Shown here piece after piece: positions 28,601 to 43,875 of a DNA stretch of 64,000 nt. This stretch comes from Auanema rhodensis (taxonomy: Eukaryota; Animalia; Nematoda), in the NCBI GenBank assembly GCA_964057225.1, contig OZ059894.1, forward strand, positions 19,592,001 through 19,656,000, in the 5' to 3' direction. The notes below the pieces were generated by a model that searched no databases, had not been told where the DNA came from, and worked only from the letters and a program-made list of their open reading frames with translations. The translations under genes were made by a program, and so were the position numbers. How positions within the stretch are numbered: the stretch's first letter is position 1; every line of letters begins with the position of its first letter.

Positions 28601-30888
28601 AAATCTGATAACACAGAACGACGCAGCTTAAAAATCCGCATCGAATGCACTATACTACATTAAGAAACGCTTAATACAAAAATTAGTTATGATCGTTTGA
28701 AAAATGATGCATTAGTGTATGTTGAGTTTCCATGTACACTCAACATTGCTTCCAAAAACATTTTGACAAAAATTTTTTCGAAAAATTTCAGAATAATTTA
28801 GCAAAAAGTAGATGTTTTTAGATTCCTTTTTTCAAGGCAAAAACGATGGACATTGTTATTCAACGAAAAAATTAATTCTTCAGGGTGAAAATCGAGGATA
28901 TAAGTGTGAACTTATATCAGTTGATATCTCGGTGCATTTTTAAGCTAGCGCAAATCTGATAACACAGAACGACGCAGCTTAAAAATTCGCATCGAATGCA
29001 CTATACTACATTGAAAAACGCTTAATACAAAAATTAGTTATGATCGTTTGAAAAATGATGCATTAGTGTATGTTGAGTTTCCATGTACACTCAACATTGC
29101 TTCCAAAAACATTTTGACAAAAATTTTTTCGAAAAATTTCGAAATAATTTAGCAAAAAGTAGATGTTTTTAGATTCCATTTTTCAAGGCAAAGACGATGG
29201 ACAATGTTATTCAACGAAAAAATCAATTCTTCAGGGTGAAAATCGAGGATATAAGTGTGAACTTATATCAGTTGATATCTCGGTGCATTTTTAAGCTAGC
29301 GCAAATCTGATAACACAGAACGACGCAGCTTAAAAATCCGCATCGAATGCACTATACTACATTAAGAAACGCTTAATACAAAAATTAGTTATGATCGTTT
29401 GAAAAATGATGCATTAGTGTATGTTGAGTTTCCATGTACACTCAACATTGCTTCCAAAAACATTTTGACAAAAATTTTTTCGAGAAATTTCAAAATAATT
29501 TAGCAAAAAGTAGATGTTTTTAGATTCCTTTTTTCAAGGCAAAGACGATGGACAATGTTATTCAACGAAAAAATTAATTCTTCAGGGTGAAAATCGAGGA
29601 TATAAGTGTGAACTTATATCAGTTGATATCTCGGTGCATTTTTAAGCTAGCGCAAATCTGATAACACAGAACGACGCAGCTTAAAAATTCGCATCGAATG
29701 CACTATACTACATTGAGAAACGCTTAATACAAAAATTAGTTATGATCGTTTGAAAAATGATGCATTAGTGTATGTTGAGTTTCCATGTACACTCAACATT
29801 GCTTCCAAAAACATTTTGACAAAAATTTTTTCGAAAAATTTCAGAATAATTTAGCAAAAAGTAGATGTTTTTAGATTCCTTTTTTCAAGGCAAAGACGAT
29901 GGACATTGTTATTCAACGAAAAAATTAATTCTTCAGGGTGAAAATCGAGGATATAAGTGTGAACTTATATCAGTTGATATCTCGGTGCATTTTTAAGCTA
30001 GCGCAAATCTGATAACACAGAACGACGCAGCTTAAAAATTCGCATCGAATGCACTATACTACATTGAAAAACGCTTAATACAAAAATTAGTTATGATCGT
30101 TTGAAAAATGATGCATTAGTGTATGTTGAGTTTCCATGTACACTCAACATTGCTTCCAAAAACATTTTGACAAAAATTTTTTCGAAAAATTTCGAAATAA
30201 TTTAGCAAAAAGTAGATGTTTTTAGATTCCATTTTTCAAGGCAAAGACGATGGACAATGTTATTCAACGAAAAAATCAATTCTTCAGGGTGAAAATCGAG
30301 GATATAAGTGTGAACTTATATCAGTTGATATCTCGGTGCATTTTTAAGCTAGCGCAAATCTGATAACACAGAACGACGCAGCTTAAAAATCCGCATCGAA
30401 TGCACTATACTACATTAAGAAACGCTTAATACAAAAATTAGTTATGATCGTTTGAAAAATGATGCATTAGTGTATGTTGAGTTTCCATGTACACTCAACA
30501 TTGCTTCCAAAAACATTTTGACAAAAATTTTTTCGAAAAATTTCGAAATAATTTAGCAAAAAGTAGATGTTTTTAGATTCCATTTTTCAAGGCAAAGACG
30601 ATGGACAATGTTATTCAACGAAAAAATCAATTCTTCAGGGTGAAAATCGAGGATATAAGTGTGAACTTATATCAGTTGATATCTCGGTGCATTTTTAAGC
30701 TAGCGCAAATCTGATAACACAGAACGACGCAGCTTAAAAATCCGCATCGAATGCACTATACTACATTAAGAAACGCTTAATACAAAAATTAGTTATGATC
30801 GTTTGAAAAATGATGCATTAGTGTATGTTGAGTTTCCATGTACACTCAACATTGCTTCCAAAAACATTTTGACAAAAATTTTTTCGAG
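25624..30888. repeat. 3-monomer higher-order repeat, 5 units (copies 74-88)
   Basis: m71T at 25694, 26747, 27800, 28853 and 29906, each followed by an m8G/m91C/m231A monomer. Confidence 0.9.
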
Positions 30889-33696
30889 AAATTTCAAAAT
30901 AATTTAGCAAAAAGTAGATGTTTTTAGATTCCTTTTTTCAAGGCAAAGACGATGGACAATGTTATTCAACGAAAAAATTAATTCTTCAGGGTGAAAATCG
31001 AGGATATAAGTGTGAACTTATATCAGTTGATATCTCGGTGCATTTTTAAGCTAGCGCAAATCTGATAACACAGATCGACGCAGCTTAAAAATCCGCATCG
31101 AATGCACTATACTACATTGAGAAACGCTTAATACAAAAATTAGTTATGATCGTTTGAAAAATGATGCATTAGTGTATGTTGAGTTTCCATGTACACTCAA
31201 CATTGCTTCCAAAAACATTTTGACAAAAATTTTTTCGAAAAATTTCAGAATAATTTAGCAAAAAGTAGATGTTTTTAGATTCCATTTTTCAAGGCAAAGA
31301 CGATGGACAATGTTATTCAACGAAAAAATTAATTCTTCAGGGTGAAAATCGAGGATATAAGTGTGAACTTATATCAGTTGATATCTCGGTGCATTTTTAA
31401 GCTAGCGCAAATCTGATAACACAGATCGACGCAGCTTAAAAATCCGCATCGAATGCACTATACTACATTGAGAAACGCTTAATACAAAAATTAGTTATGA
31501 TCGTTTGAAAAATGATGCATTAGTGTATGTTGAGTTTCCATGTACACTCAACATTGCTTCCAAAAACATTTTGACAAAAATTTTTTCGAAAAATTTCAGA
31601 ATAATTTAGCAAAAAGTAGATGTTTTTAGATTCCATTTTTCAAGGCAAAGACGATGGACAATGTTATTCAACGAAAAAATTAATTCTTCAGGGTGAAAAT
31701 CGAGGATATAAGTGTGAACTTATATCAGTTGATATCTCGGTGCATTTTTAAGCTAGCGCAAATCTGATAACACAGATCGACGCAGCTTAAAAATCCGCAT
31801 CGAATGCACTATACTACATTGAGAAACGCTTAATACAAAAATTAGTTATGATCGTTTGAAAAATGATGCATTAGTGTATGTTGAGTTTCCATGTACACTC
31901 AACATTGCTTCCAAAAACATTTTGACAAAAATTTTTTCGAAAAATTTCAAAATAATTTAGCAAAAAGTAGATGTTTTTAGATTCCTTTTTTCAAGGCAAA
32001 GACGATGGACAATGTTATTCAACGAAAAAATTAATTCTTCAGGGTGAAAATCGAGGATATAAGTGTGAACTTATATCAGTTGATATCTCGGTGCATTTTT
32101 AAGCTAGCGCAAATCTGATAACACAGAACGACGCAGCTTAAAAATTCGCATCGAATGCACTATACTACATTGAGAAACGCTTAATACAAAAATTAGTTAT
32201 GATCGTTTGAAAAATGATGCATTAGTGTATGTTGAGTTTCCATGTACACTCAACATTGCTTCCAAAAACATTTTGACAAAAATTTTTTCGAAAAATTTCA
32301 AAATAATTTAGCAAAAAGTAGATGTTTTTAGATTCCTTTTTTCAAGGCAAAGACGATGGACAATGTTATTCAACGAAAAAATTAATTCTTCAGGGTGAAA
32401 ATCGAGGATATAAGTGTGAACTTATATCAGTTGATATCTCGGTGCATTTTTAAGCTAGCGCAAATCTGATAACACAGAACGACGCAGCTTAAAAATTCGC
32501 ATCGAATGCACTATACTACATTGAGAAACGCTTAATACAAAAATTAGTTATGATCGTTTGAAAAATGATGCATTAGTGTATGTTGAGTTTCCATGTACAC
32601 TCAACATTGCTTCCAAAAACATTTTGACAAAAATTTTTTCGAAAAATTTCAGAATAATTTAGCAAAAAGTAGATGTTTTTAGATTCCATTTTTCAAGGCA
32701 AAGACGATGGACAATGTTATTCAACGAAAAAATTAATTCTTCAGGGTGAAAATCGAGGATATAAGTGTGAACTTATATCAGTTGATATCTCGGTGCATTT
32801 TTAAGCTAGCGCAAATCTGATAACACAGATCGACGCAGCTTAAAAATCCGCATCGAATGCACTATACTACATTGAGAAACGCTTAATACAAAAATTAGTT
32901 ATGATCGTTTGAAAAATGATGCATTAGTGTATGTTGAGTTTCCATGTACACTCAACATTGCTTCCAAAAACATTTTGACAAAAATTTTTTCGAAAAATTT
33001 CAGAATAATTTAGCAAAAAGTAGATGTTTTTAGATTCCATTTTTCAAGGCAAAGACGATGGACAATGTTATTCAACGAAAAAATTAATTCTTCAGGGTGA
33101 AAATCGAGGATATAAGTGTGAACTTATATCAGTTGATATCTCGGTGCATTTTTAAGCTAGCGCAAATCTGATAACACAGATCGACGCAGCTTAAAAATCC
33201 GCATCGAATGCACTATACTACATTGAAAAACGCTTAATACAAAAATTAGTTATGATCGTTTGAAAAATGATGCATTAGTGTATGTTGAGTTTCCATGTAC
33301 ACTCAACATTGCTTCCAAAAACATTTTGACAAAAAGTTTTTCGAAAAATTTCAAAATAATTTAGCAAAAAGTAGATGTTTTTAGATTCCATTTTTCAAGG
33401 CAAAGACGATGGACAATGTTATTCAACGAAAAAATTAATTCTTCAGGGTGAAAATCGAGGATATAAGTGTGAACTTATATCAGTTGATATCTCGGTGCAT
33501 TTTTAAGCTAGCGCAAATCTGATAACACAGATCGACGCAGCTTAAAAATCCGCATCGAATGCACTATACTACATTGAGAAACGCTTAATACAAAAATTAG
33601 TTATGATCGTTTGAAAAATGATGCATTAGTGTATGTTGAGTTTCCATGTACACTCAACATTGCTTCCAAAAACATTTTGACAAAAATTTTTTCGAA

Positions 33697-36600
33697 AAAT
33701 TTCAGAATAATTTAGCAAAAAGTAGATGTTTTTAGATTCCATTTTTCAAGGCAAAGACGATGGACAATGTTATTCAACGAAAAAATTAATTCTTCAGGGT
33801 GAAAATCGAGGATATAAGTGTGAACTTATATCAGTTGATATCTCGGTGCATTTTTAAGCTAGCGCAAATCTGATAACACAGATCGACGCAGCTTAAAAAT
33901 CCGCATCGAATGCACTATACTACATTGAGAAACGCTTAATACAAAAATTAGTTATGATCGTTTGAAAAATGATGCATTAGTGTATGTTGAGTTTCCATGT
34001 ACACTCAACATTGCTTCCAAAAACATTTTGACAAAAATTTTTTCGAAAAATTTCAGAATAATTTAGCAAAAAGTAGATGTTTTTAGATTCCATTTTTCAA
34101 GGCAAAGACGATGGACAATGTTATTCAACGAAAAAATTAATTCTTCAGGGTGAAAATCGAGGATATAAGTGTGAACTTATATCAGTTGATATCTCGGTGC
34201 ATTTTTAAGCTAGCGCAAATCTGATAACACAGATCGACGCAGCTTAAAAATCCGCATCGAATGCACTATACTACATTGAGAAACGCTTAATACAAAAATT
34301 AGTTATGATCGTTTGAAAAATGATGCATTAGTGTATGTTGAGTTTCCATGTACACTCAACATTGCTTCCAAAAACATTTTGACAAAAATTTTTTCGAAAA
34401 ATTTCAAAATAATTTAGCAAAAAGTAGATGTTTTTAGATTCCTTTTTTCAAGGCAAAGACGATGGACAATGTTATTCAACGAAAAAATTAATTCTTCAGG
34501 GTGAAAATCGAGGATATAAGTGTGAACTTATATCAGTTGATATCTCGGTGCATTTTTAAGCTAGCGCAAATCTGATAACACAGAACGACGCAGCTTAAAA
34601 ATTCGCATCGAATGCACTATACTACATTGAGAAACGCTTAATACAAAAATTAGTTATGATCGTTTGAAAAATGATGCATTAGTGTATGTTGAGTTTCCAT
34701 GTACACTCAACATTGCTTCCAAAAACATTTTGACAAAAATTTTTTCGAAAAATTTCAGAATAATTTAGCAAAAAGTAGATGTTTTTAGATTCCATTTTTC
34801 AAGGCAAAGACGATGGACAATGTTATTCAACGAAAAAATTAATTCTTCAGGGTGAAAATCGAGGATATAAGTGTGAACTTATATCAGTTGATATCTCGGT
34901 GCATTTTTAAGCTAGCGCAAATCTGATAACACAGATCGACGCAGCTTAAAAATCCGCATCGAATGCACTATACTACATTGAGAAACGCTTAATACAAAAA
35001 TTAGTTATGATCGTTTGAAAAATGATGCATTAGTGTATGTTGAGTTTCCATGTACACTCAACATTGCTTCCAAAAACATTTTGACAAAACTTTTTTCGAG
35101 AAATTTCAAAATAATTTAGCAAAAAGTAGATGTTTTTAGATTCCTTTTTTCAAGGCAAAGACGATGGACAATGTTATTCAACGAAAAAATTAATTCTTCA
35201 GGGTGAAAATCGAGGATATAAGTGTGAACTTATATCAGTTGATATCTCGGTGCATTTTTAAGCTAGCGCAAATCTGATAACACAGATCGACGCAGCTTAA
35301 AAATCCGCATCGAATGCACTATACTACATTGAGAAACGCTTAATACAAAAATTAGTTATGATCGTTTGAAAAATGATGCATTAGTGTATGTTGAGTTTCC
35401 ATGTACACTCAACATTGCTTCCAAAAACATTTTGACAAAAATTTTTTCGAAAAATTTCAGAATAATTTAGCAAAAAGTAGATGTTTTTAGATTCCATTTT
35501 TCAAGGCAAAGACGATGGACAATGTTATTCAACGAAAAAATTAATTCTTCAGGGTGAAAATCGAGGATATAAGTGTGAACTTATATCAGTTGATATCTCG
35601 GTGCATTTTTAAGCTAGCGCAAATCTGATAACACAGATCGACGCAGCTTAAAAATCCGCATCGAATGCACTATACTACATTGAGAAACGCTTAATACAAA
35701 AATTAGTTATGATCGTTTGAAAAATGATGCATTAGTGTATGTTGAGTTTCCATGTACACTCAACATTGCTTCCAAAAACATTTTGACAAAAATTTTTTCG
35801 AAAAATTTCAGAATAATTTAGCAAAAAGTAGATGTTTTTAGATTCCATTTTTCAAGGCAAAGACGATGGACAATGTTATTCAACGAAAAAATTAATTCTT
35901 CAGGGTGAAAATCGAGGATATAAGTGTGAACTTATATCAGTTGATATCTCGGTGCATTTTTAAGCTAGCGCAAATCTGATAACACAGATCGACGCAGCTT
36001 AAAAATCCGCATCGAATGCACTATACTACATTGAGAAACGCTTAATACAAAAATTAGTTATGATCGTTTGAAAAATGATGCATTAGTGTATGTTGAGTTT
36101 CCATGTACACTCAACATTGCTTCCAAAAACATTTTGACAAAAATTTTTTCGAAAAATTTCAAAATAATTTAGCAAAAAGTAGATGTTTTTAGATTCCTTT
36201 TTTCAAGGCAAAGACGATGGACAATGTTATTCAACGAAAAAATTAATTCTTCAGGGTGAAAATCGAGGATATAAGTGTGAACTTATATCAGTTGATATCT
36301 CGGTGCATTTTTAAGCTAGCGCAAATCTGATAACACAGAACGACGCAGCTTAAAAATTCGCATCGAATGCACTATACTACATTGAGAAACGCTTAATACA
36401 AAAATTAGTTATGATCGTTTGAAAAATGATGCATTAGTGTATGTTGAGTTTCCATGTACACTCAACATTGCTTCCAAAAACATTTTGACAAAAATTTTTT
36501 CGAAAAATTTCAGAATAATTTAGCAAAAAGTAGATGTTTTTAGATTCCATTTTTCAAGGCAAAGACGATGGACAATGTTATTCAACGAAAAAATTAATTC

Positions 36601-37206
36601 TTCAGGGTGAAAATCGAGGATATAAGTGTGAACTTATATCAGTTGATATCTCGGTGCATTTTTAAGCTAGCGCAAATCTGATAACACAGATCGACGCAGC
36701 TTAAAAATCCGCATCGAATGCACTATACTACATTGAGAAACGCTTAATACAAAAATTAGTTATGATCGTTTGAAAAATGATGCATTAGTGTATGTTGAGT
36801 TTCCATGTACACTCAACATTGCTTCCAAAAACATTTTGACAAAACTTTTTTCGAGAAATTTCAAAATAATTTAGCAAAAAGTAGATGTTTTTAGATTCCT
36901 TTTTTCAAGGCAAAGACGATGGACAATGTTATTCAACGAAAAAATTAATTCTTCAGGGTGAAAATCGAGGATATAAGTGTGAACTTATATCAGTTGATAT
37001 CTCGGTGCATTTTTAAGCTAGCGCAAATCTGATAACACAGATCGACGCAGCTTAAAAATCCGCATCGAATGCACTATACTACATTGAGAAACGCTTAATA
37101 CAAAAATTAGTTATGATCGTTTGAAAAATGATGCATTAGTGTATGTTGAGTTTCCATGTACACTCAACATTGCTTCCAAAAACATTTTGACAAAAATTTT
37201 TTCGAA
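33697..37206. repeat. 5-monomer (1755 bp) tandem duplication, copies 97-101 and 102-106
   Basis: Same haplotype order; m341C+m351G at 35090/35100 and 36845/36855. Confidence 0.85.
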
Positions 37207-40200
37207 AAATTTCAAAATAATTTAGCAAAAAGTAGATGTTTTTAGATTTCTTTTTTCAAGGCAAAGACGATGGACAATGTTATTCAACGAAAAAATTAAT
37301 TCTTCAGGGTGAAAATCGAGGATATAAGTGTGAACTTATATCAGTTGATATCTCGGTGCATTTTTAAGCTAGCGCAAATCTGATAACACAGATCGACGCA
37401 GCTTAAAAATCCGCATCGAATGCACTATACTACATTGAGAAACGCTTAATACAAAAATTAGTTATGATCGTTTGAAAAATGATGCATTAGTGTATGTTGA
37501 GTTTCCATGTACACTCAACATTGCTTCCAAAAACATTTTGACAAAAATTTTTTCGAAAAATTTCAAAATAATTTAGCAAAAAGTAGATGTTTTTAGATTC
37601 CTTTTTTCAAGGCAAAGACGATGGACAATGTTATTCAACGAAAAAATTAATTCTTCAGGGTGAAAATCGAGGATATAAGTGTGAACTTATATCAGTTGAT
37701 ATCTCGGTGCATTTTTAAGCTAGCGCAAATCTGATAACACAGAACGACGCAGCTTAAAAATTCGCATCGAATGCACTATACTACATTGAGAAACGCTTAA
37801 TACAAAAATTAGTTATGATCGTTTGAAAAATGATGCATTAGTGTATGTTGAGTTTCCATGTACACTCAACATTGCTTCCAAAAACATTTTGACAAAAATT
37901 TTTTCGAAAAATTTCAGAATAATTTAGCAAAAAGTAGATGTTTTTAGATTCCATTTTTCAAGGCAAAGACGATGGACAATGTTATTCAACGAAAAAATTA
38001 ATTCTTCAGGGTGAAAATCGAGGATATAAGTGTGAACTTATATCAGTTGATATCTCGGTGCATTTTTAAGCTAGCGCAAATCTGATAACACAGATCGACG
38101 CAGCTTAAAAATCCGCATCGAATGCACTATACTACATTGAGAAACGCTTAATACAAAAATTAGTTATGATCGTTTGAAAAATGATGCATTAGTGTATGTT
38201 GAGTTTCCATGTACACTCAACATTGCTTCCAAAAACATTTTGACAAAACTTTTTTCGAGAAATTTCAAAATAATTTAGCAAAAAGTAGATGTTTTTAGAT
38301 TCCTTTTTTCAAGGCAAAGACGATGGACAATGTTATTCAACGAAAAAATTAATTCTTCAGGGTGAAAATCGAGGATATAAGTGTGAACTTATATCAGTTG
38401 ATATCTCGGTGCATTTTTAAGCTAGCGCAAATCTGATAACACAGATCGACGCAGCTTAAAAATCCGCATCGAATGCACTATACTACATTGAGAAACGCTT
38501 AATACAAAAATTAGTTATGATCGTTTGAAAAATGATGCATTAGTGTATGTTGAGTTTCCATGTACACTCAACATTGCTTCCAAAAACATTTTGACAAAAA
38601 TTTTTTCGAAAAATTTCAAAATAATTTAGCAAAAAGTAGATGTTTTTAGATTTCTTTTTTCAAGGCAAAGACGATGGACAATGTTATTCAACGAAAAAAT
38701 TAATTCTTCAGGGTGAAAATCGAGGATATAAGTGTGAACTTATATCAGTTGATATCTCGGTGCATTTTTAAGCTAGCGCAAATCTGATAACACAGAACGA
38801 CGCAGCTTAAAAATTCGCATCGAATGCACTATACTACATTGAGAAACGCTTAATACAAAAATTAGTTATGATCGTTTGAAAAATGATGCATTAGTGTATG
38901 TTGAGTTTCCATGTACACTCAACATTGCTTCCAAAAACATTTTGACAAAAATTTTTTCGAAAAATTTCAGAATAATTTAGCAAAAAGTAGATGTTTTTAG
39001 ATTCCATTTTTCAAGGCAAAGACGATGGACAATGTTATTCAACGAAAAAATTAATTCTTCAGGGTGAAAATCGAGGATATAAGTGTGAACTTATATCAGT
39101 TGATATCTCGGTGGATTTTTAAGCTAGCGCAAATCTGATAACACAGATCGACGCAGCTTAAAAATCCGCATCGAATGCACTATACTACATTGAAAAACGC
39201 TTAATACAAAAATTAGTTATGATCGTTTGAAAAATGATGCATTAGTGTATGTTGAGTTTCCATGTACACTCAACATTGCTTCCAAAAACATTTTGACAAA
39301 ACTTTTTTCGAGAAATTTCAAAATAATTTAGCAAAAAGTAGATGTTTTTAGATTCCTTTTTTCAAGGCAAAGACGATGGACAATGTTATTCAACGAAAAA
39401 ATTAATTCTTCAGGGTGAAAATCGAGGATATAAGTGTGAACTTATATCAGTTGATATCTCGGTGCATTTTTAAGCTAGCGCAAATCTGATAACACAGATC
39501 GACGCAGCTTAAAAATCCGCATCGAATGCACTATACTACATTGAGAAACGCTTAATACAAAAATTAGTTATGATCGTTTGAAAAATGATGCATTAGTGTA
39601 TGTTGAGTTTCCATGTACACTCAACATTGCTTCCAAAAACATTTTGACAAAAATTTTTTCGAAAAATTTCAAAATAATTTAGCAAAAAGTAGATGTTTTT
39701 AGATTTCTTTTTTCAAGGCAAAGACGATGGACAATGTTATTCAACGAAAAAATTAATTCTTCAGGGTGAAAATCGAGGATATAAGTGTGAACTTATATCA
39801 GTTGATATCTCGGTGCATTTTTAAGCTAGCGCAAATCTGATAACACAGAACGACGCAGCTTAAAAATTCGCATCGAATGCACTATACTACATTGAGAAAC
39901 GCTTAATACAAAAATTAGTTATGATCGTTTGAAAAATGATGCATTAGTGTATGTTGAGTTTCCATGTACACTCAACATTGCTTCCAAAAACATTTTGACA
40001 AAAATTTTTTCGAAAAATTTCAAAATAATTTAGCAAAAAGTAGATGTTTTTAGATTTCTTTTTTCAAGGCAAAGACGATGGACAATGTTATTCAACGAAA
40101 AAATTAATTCTTCAGGGTGAAAATCGAGGATATAAGTGTGAACTTATATCAGTTGATATCTCGGTGCATTTTTAAGCTAGCGCAAATCTGATAACACAGA

Positions 40201-43200
40201 ACGACGCAGCTTAAAAATTCGCATCGAATGCACTATACTACATTGAGAAACGCTTAATACAAAAATTAGTTATGATCGTTTGAAAAATGATGCATTAGTG
40301 TATGTTGAGTTTCCATGTACACTCAACATTGCTTCCAAAAACATTTTGACAAAAATTTTTTCGAAAAATTTCAGAATAATTTAGCAAAAAGTAGATGTTT
40401 TTAGATTCCATTTTTCAAGGCAAAGACGATGGACAATGTTATTCAACGAAAAAATTAATTCTTCAGGGTGAAAATCGAGGATATAAGTGTGAACTTATAT
40501 CAGTTGATATCTCGGTGGATTTTTAAGCTAGCGCAAATCTGATAACACAGATCGACGCAGCTTAAAAATCCGCATCGAATGCACTATACTACATTGAAAA
40601 ACGCTTAATACAAAAATTAGTTATGATCGTTTGAAAAATGATGCATTAGTGTATGTTGAGTTTCCATGTACACTCAACATTGCTTCCAAAAACATTTTGA
40701 CAAAAAGTTTTTCGAAAAATTTCAAAATAATTTAGCAAAAAGTAGATGTTTTTAGATTCCATTTTTCAAGGCAAAGACGATGGACAATGTTATTCAACGA
40801 AAAAATTAATTCTTCAGGGTGAAAATCGAGGATATAAGTGTGAACTTATATCAGTTGATATCTCGGTGCATTTTTAAGCTAGCGCAAATCTGATAACACA
40901 GATCGACGCAGCTTAAAAATCCGCATCGAATGCACTATACTACATTGAGAAACGCTTAATACAAAAATTAGTTATGATCGTTTGAAAAATGATGCATTAG
41001 TGTATGTTGAGTTTCCATGTACACTCAACATTGCTTCCAAAAACATTTTGACAAAACTTTTTTCGAGAAATTTCAAAATAATTTAGCAAAAAGTAGATGT
41101 TTTTAGATTCCTTTTTTCAAGGCAAAGACGATGGACAATGTTATTCAACGAAAAAATTAATTCTTCAGGGTGAAAATCGAGGATATAAGTGTGAACTTAT
41201 ATCAGTTGATATCTCGGTGCATTTTTAAGCTAGCGCAAATCTGATAACACAGATCGACGCAGCTTAAAAATCCGCATCGAATGCACTATACTACATTGAG
41301 AAACGCTTAATACAAAAATTAGTTATGATCGTTTGAAAAATGATGCATTAGTGTATGTTGAGTTTCCATGTACACTCAACATTGCTTCCAAAAACATTTT
41401 GACAAAAATTTTTTCGAAAAATTTCAAAATAATTTAGCAAAAAGTAGATGTTTTTAGATTTCTTTTTTCAAGGCAAAGACGATGGACAATGTTATTCAAC
41501 GAAAAAATTAATTCTTCAGGGTGAAAATCGAGGATATAAGTGTGAACTTATATCAGTTGATATCTCGGTGCATTTTTAAGCTAGCGCAAATCTGATAACA
41601 CAGAACGACGCAGCTTAAAAATTCGCATCGAATGCACTATACTACATTGAGAAACGCTTAATACAAAAATTAGTTATGATCGTTTGAAAAATGATGCATT
41701 AGTGTATGTTGAGTTTCCATGTACACTCAACATTGCTTCCAAAAACATTTTGACAAAAATTTTTTCGAAAAATTTCAGAATAATTTAGCAAAAAGTAGAT
41801 GTTTTTAGATTCCATTTTTCAAGGCAAAGACGATGGACAATGTTATTCAACGAAAAAATTAATTCTTCAGGGTGAAAATCGAGGATATAAGTGTGAACTT
41901 ATATCAGTTGATATCTCGGTGGATTTTTAAGCTAGCGCAAATCTGATAACACAGATCGACGCAGCTTAAAAATCCGCATCGAATGCACTATACTACATTG
42001 AAAAACGCTTAATACAAAAATTAGTTATGATCGTTTGAAAAATGATGCATTAGTGTATGTTGAGTTTCCATGTACACTCAACATTGCTTCCAAAAACATT
42101 TTGACAAAAAGTTTTTCGAAAAATTTCAAAATAATTTAGCAAAAAGTAGATGTTTTTAGATTCCATTTTTCAAGGCAAAGACGATGGACAATGTTATTCA
42201 ACGAAAAAATTAATTCTTCAGGGTGAAAATCGAGGATATAAGTGTGAACTTATATCAGTTGATATCTCGGTGCATTTTTAAGCTAGCGCAAATCTGATAA
42301 CACAGATCGACGCAGCTTAAAAATCCGCATCGAATGCACTATACTACATTGAGAAACGCTTAATACAAAAATTAGTTATGATCGTTTGAAAAATGATGCA
42401 TTAGTGTATGTTGAGTTTCCATGTACACTCAACATTGCTTCCAAAAACATTTTGACAAAAATTTTTTCGAAAAATTTCAAAATAATTTAGCAAAAAGTAG
42501 ATGTTTTTAGATTTCTTTTTTCAAGGCAAAGACGATGGACAATGTTATTCAACGAAAAAATTAATTCTTCAGGGTGAAAATCGAGGATATAAGTGTGAAC
42601 TTATATCAGTTGATATCTCGGTGCATTTTTAAGCTAGCGCAAATCTGATAACACAGAACGACGCAGCTTAAAAATTCGCATCGAATGCACTATACTACAT
42701 TGAGAAACGCTTAATACAAAAATTAGTTATGATCGTTTGAAAAATGATGCATTAGTGTATGTTGAGTTTCCATGTACACTCAACATTGCTTCCAAAAACA
42801 TTTTGACAAAAATTTTTTCGAAAAATTTCAGAATAATTTAGCAAAAAGTAGATGTTTTTAGATTCCATTTTTCAAGGCAAAGACGATGGACAATGTTATT
42901 CAACGAAAAAATTAATTCTTCAGGGTGAAAATCGAGGATATAAGTGTGAACTTATATCAGTTGATATCTCGGTGGATTTTTAAGCTAGCGCAAATCTGAT
43001 AACACAGATCGACGCAGCTTAAAAATCCGCATCGAATGCACTATACTACATTGAAAAACGCTTAATACAAAAATTAGTTATGATCGTTTGAAAAATGATG
43101 CATTAGTGTATGTTGAGTTTCCATGTACACTCAACATTGCTTCCAAAAACATTTTGACAAAACTTTTTTCGAGAAATTTCAAAATAATTTAGCAAAAAGT

Positions 43201-43875
43201 AGATGTTTTTAGATTCCTTTTTTCAAGGCAAAGACGATGGACAATGTTATTCAACGAAAAAATTAATTCTTCAGGGTGAAAATCGAGGATATAAGTGTGA
43301 ACTTATATCAGTTGATATCTCGGTGCATTTTTAAGCTAGCGCAAATCTGATAACACAGATCGACGCAGCTTAAAAATCCGCATCGAATGCACTATACTAC
43401 ATTGAGAAACGCTTAATACAAAAATTAGTTATGATCGTTTGAAAAATGATGCATTAGTGTATGTTGAGTTTCCATGTACACTCAACATTGCTTCCAAAAA
43501 CATTTTGACAAAAATTTTTTCGAAAAATTTCAAAATAATTTAGCAAAAAGTAGATGTTTTTAGATTTCTTTTTTCAAGGCAAAGACGATGGACAATGTTA
43601 TTCAACGAAAAAATTAATTCTTCAGGGTGAAAATCGAGGATATAAGTGTGAACTTATATCAGTTGATATCTCGGTGCATTTTTAAGCTAGCGCAAATCTG
43701 ATAACACAGAACGACGCAGCTTAAAAATTCGCATCGAATGCACTATACTACATTGAGAAACGCTTAATACAAAAATTAGTTATGATCGTTTGAAAAATGA
43801 TGCATTAGTGTATGTTGAGTTTCCATGTACACTCAACATTGCTTCCAAAAACATTTTGACAAAAATTTTTTCGAA

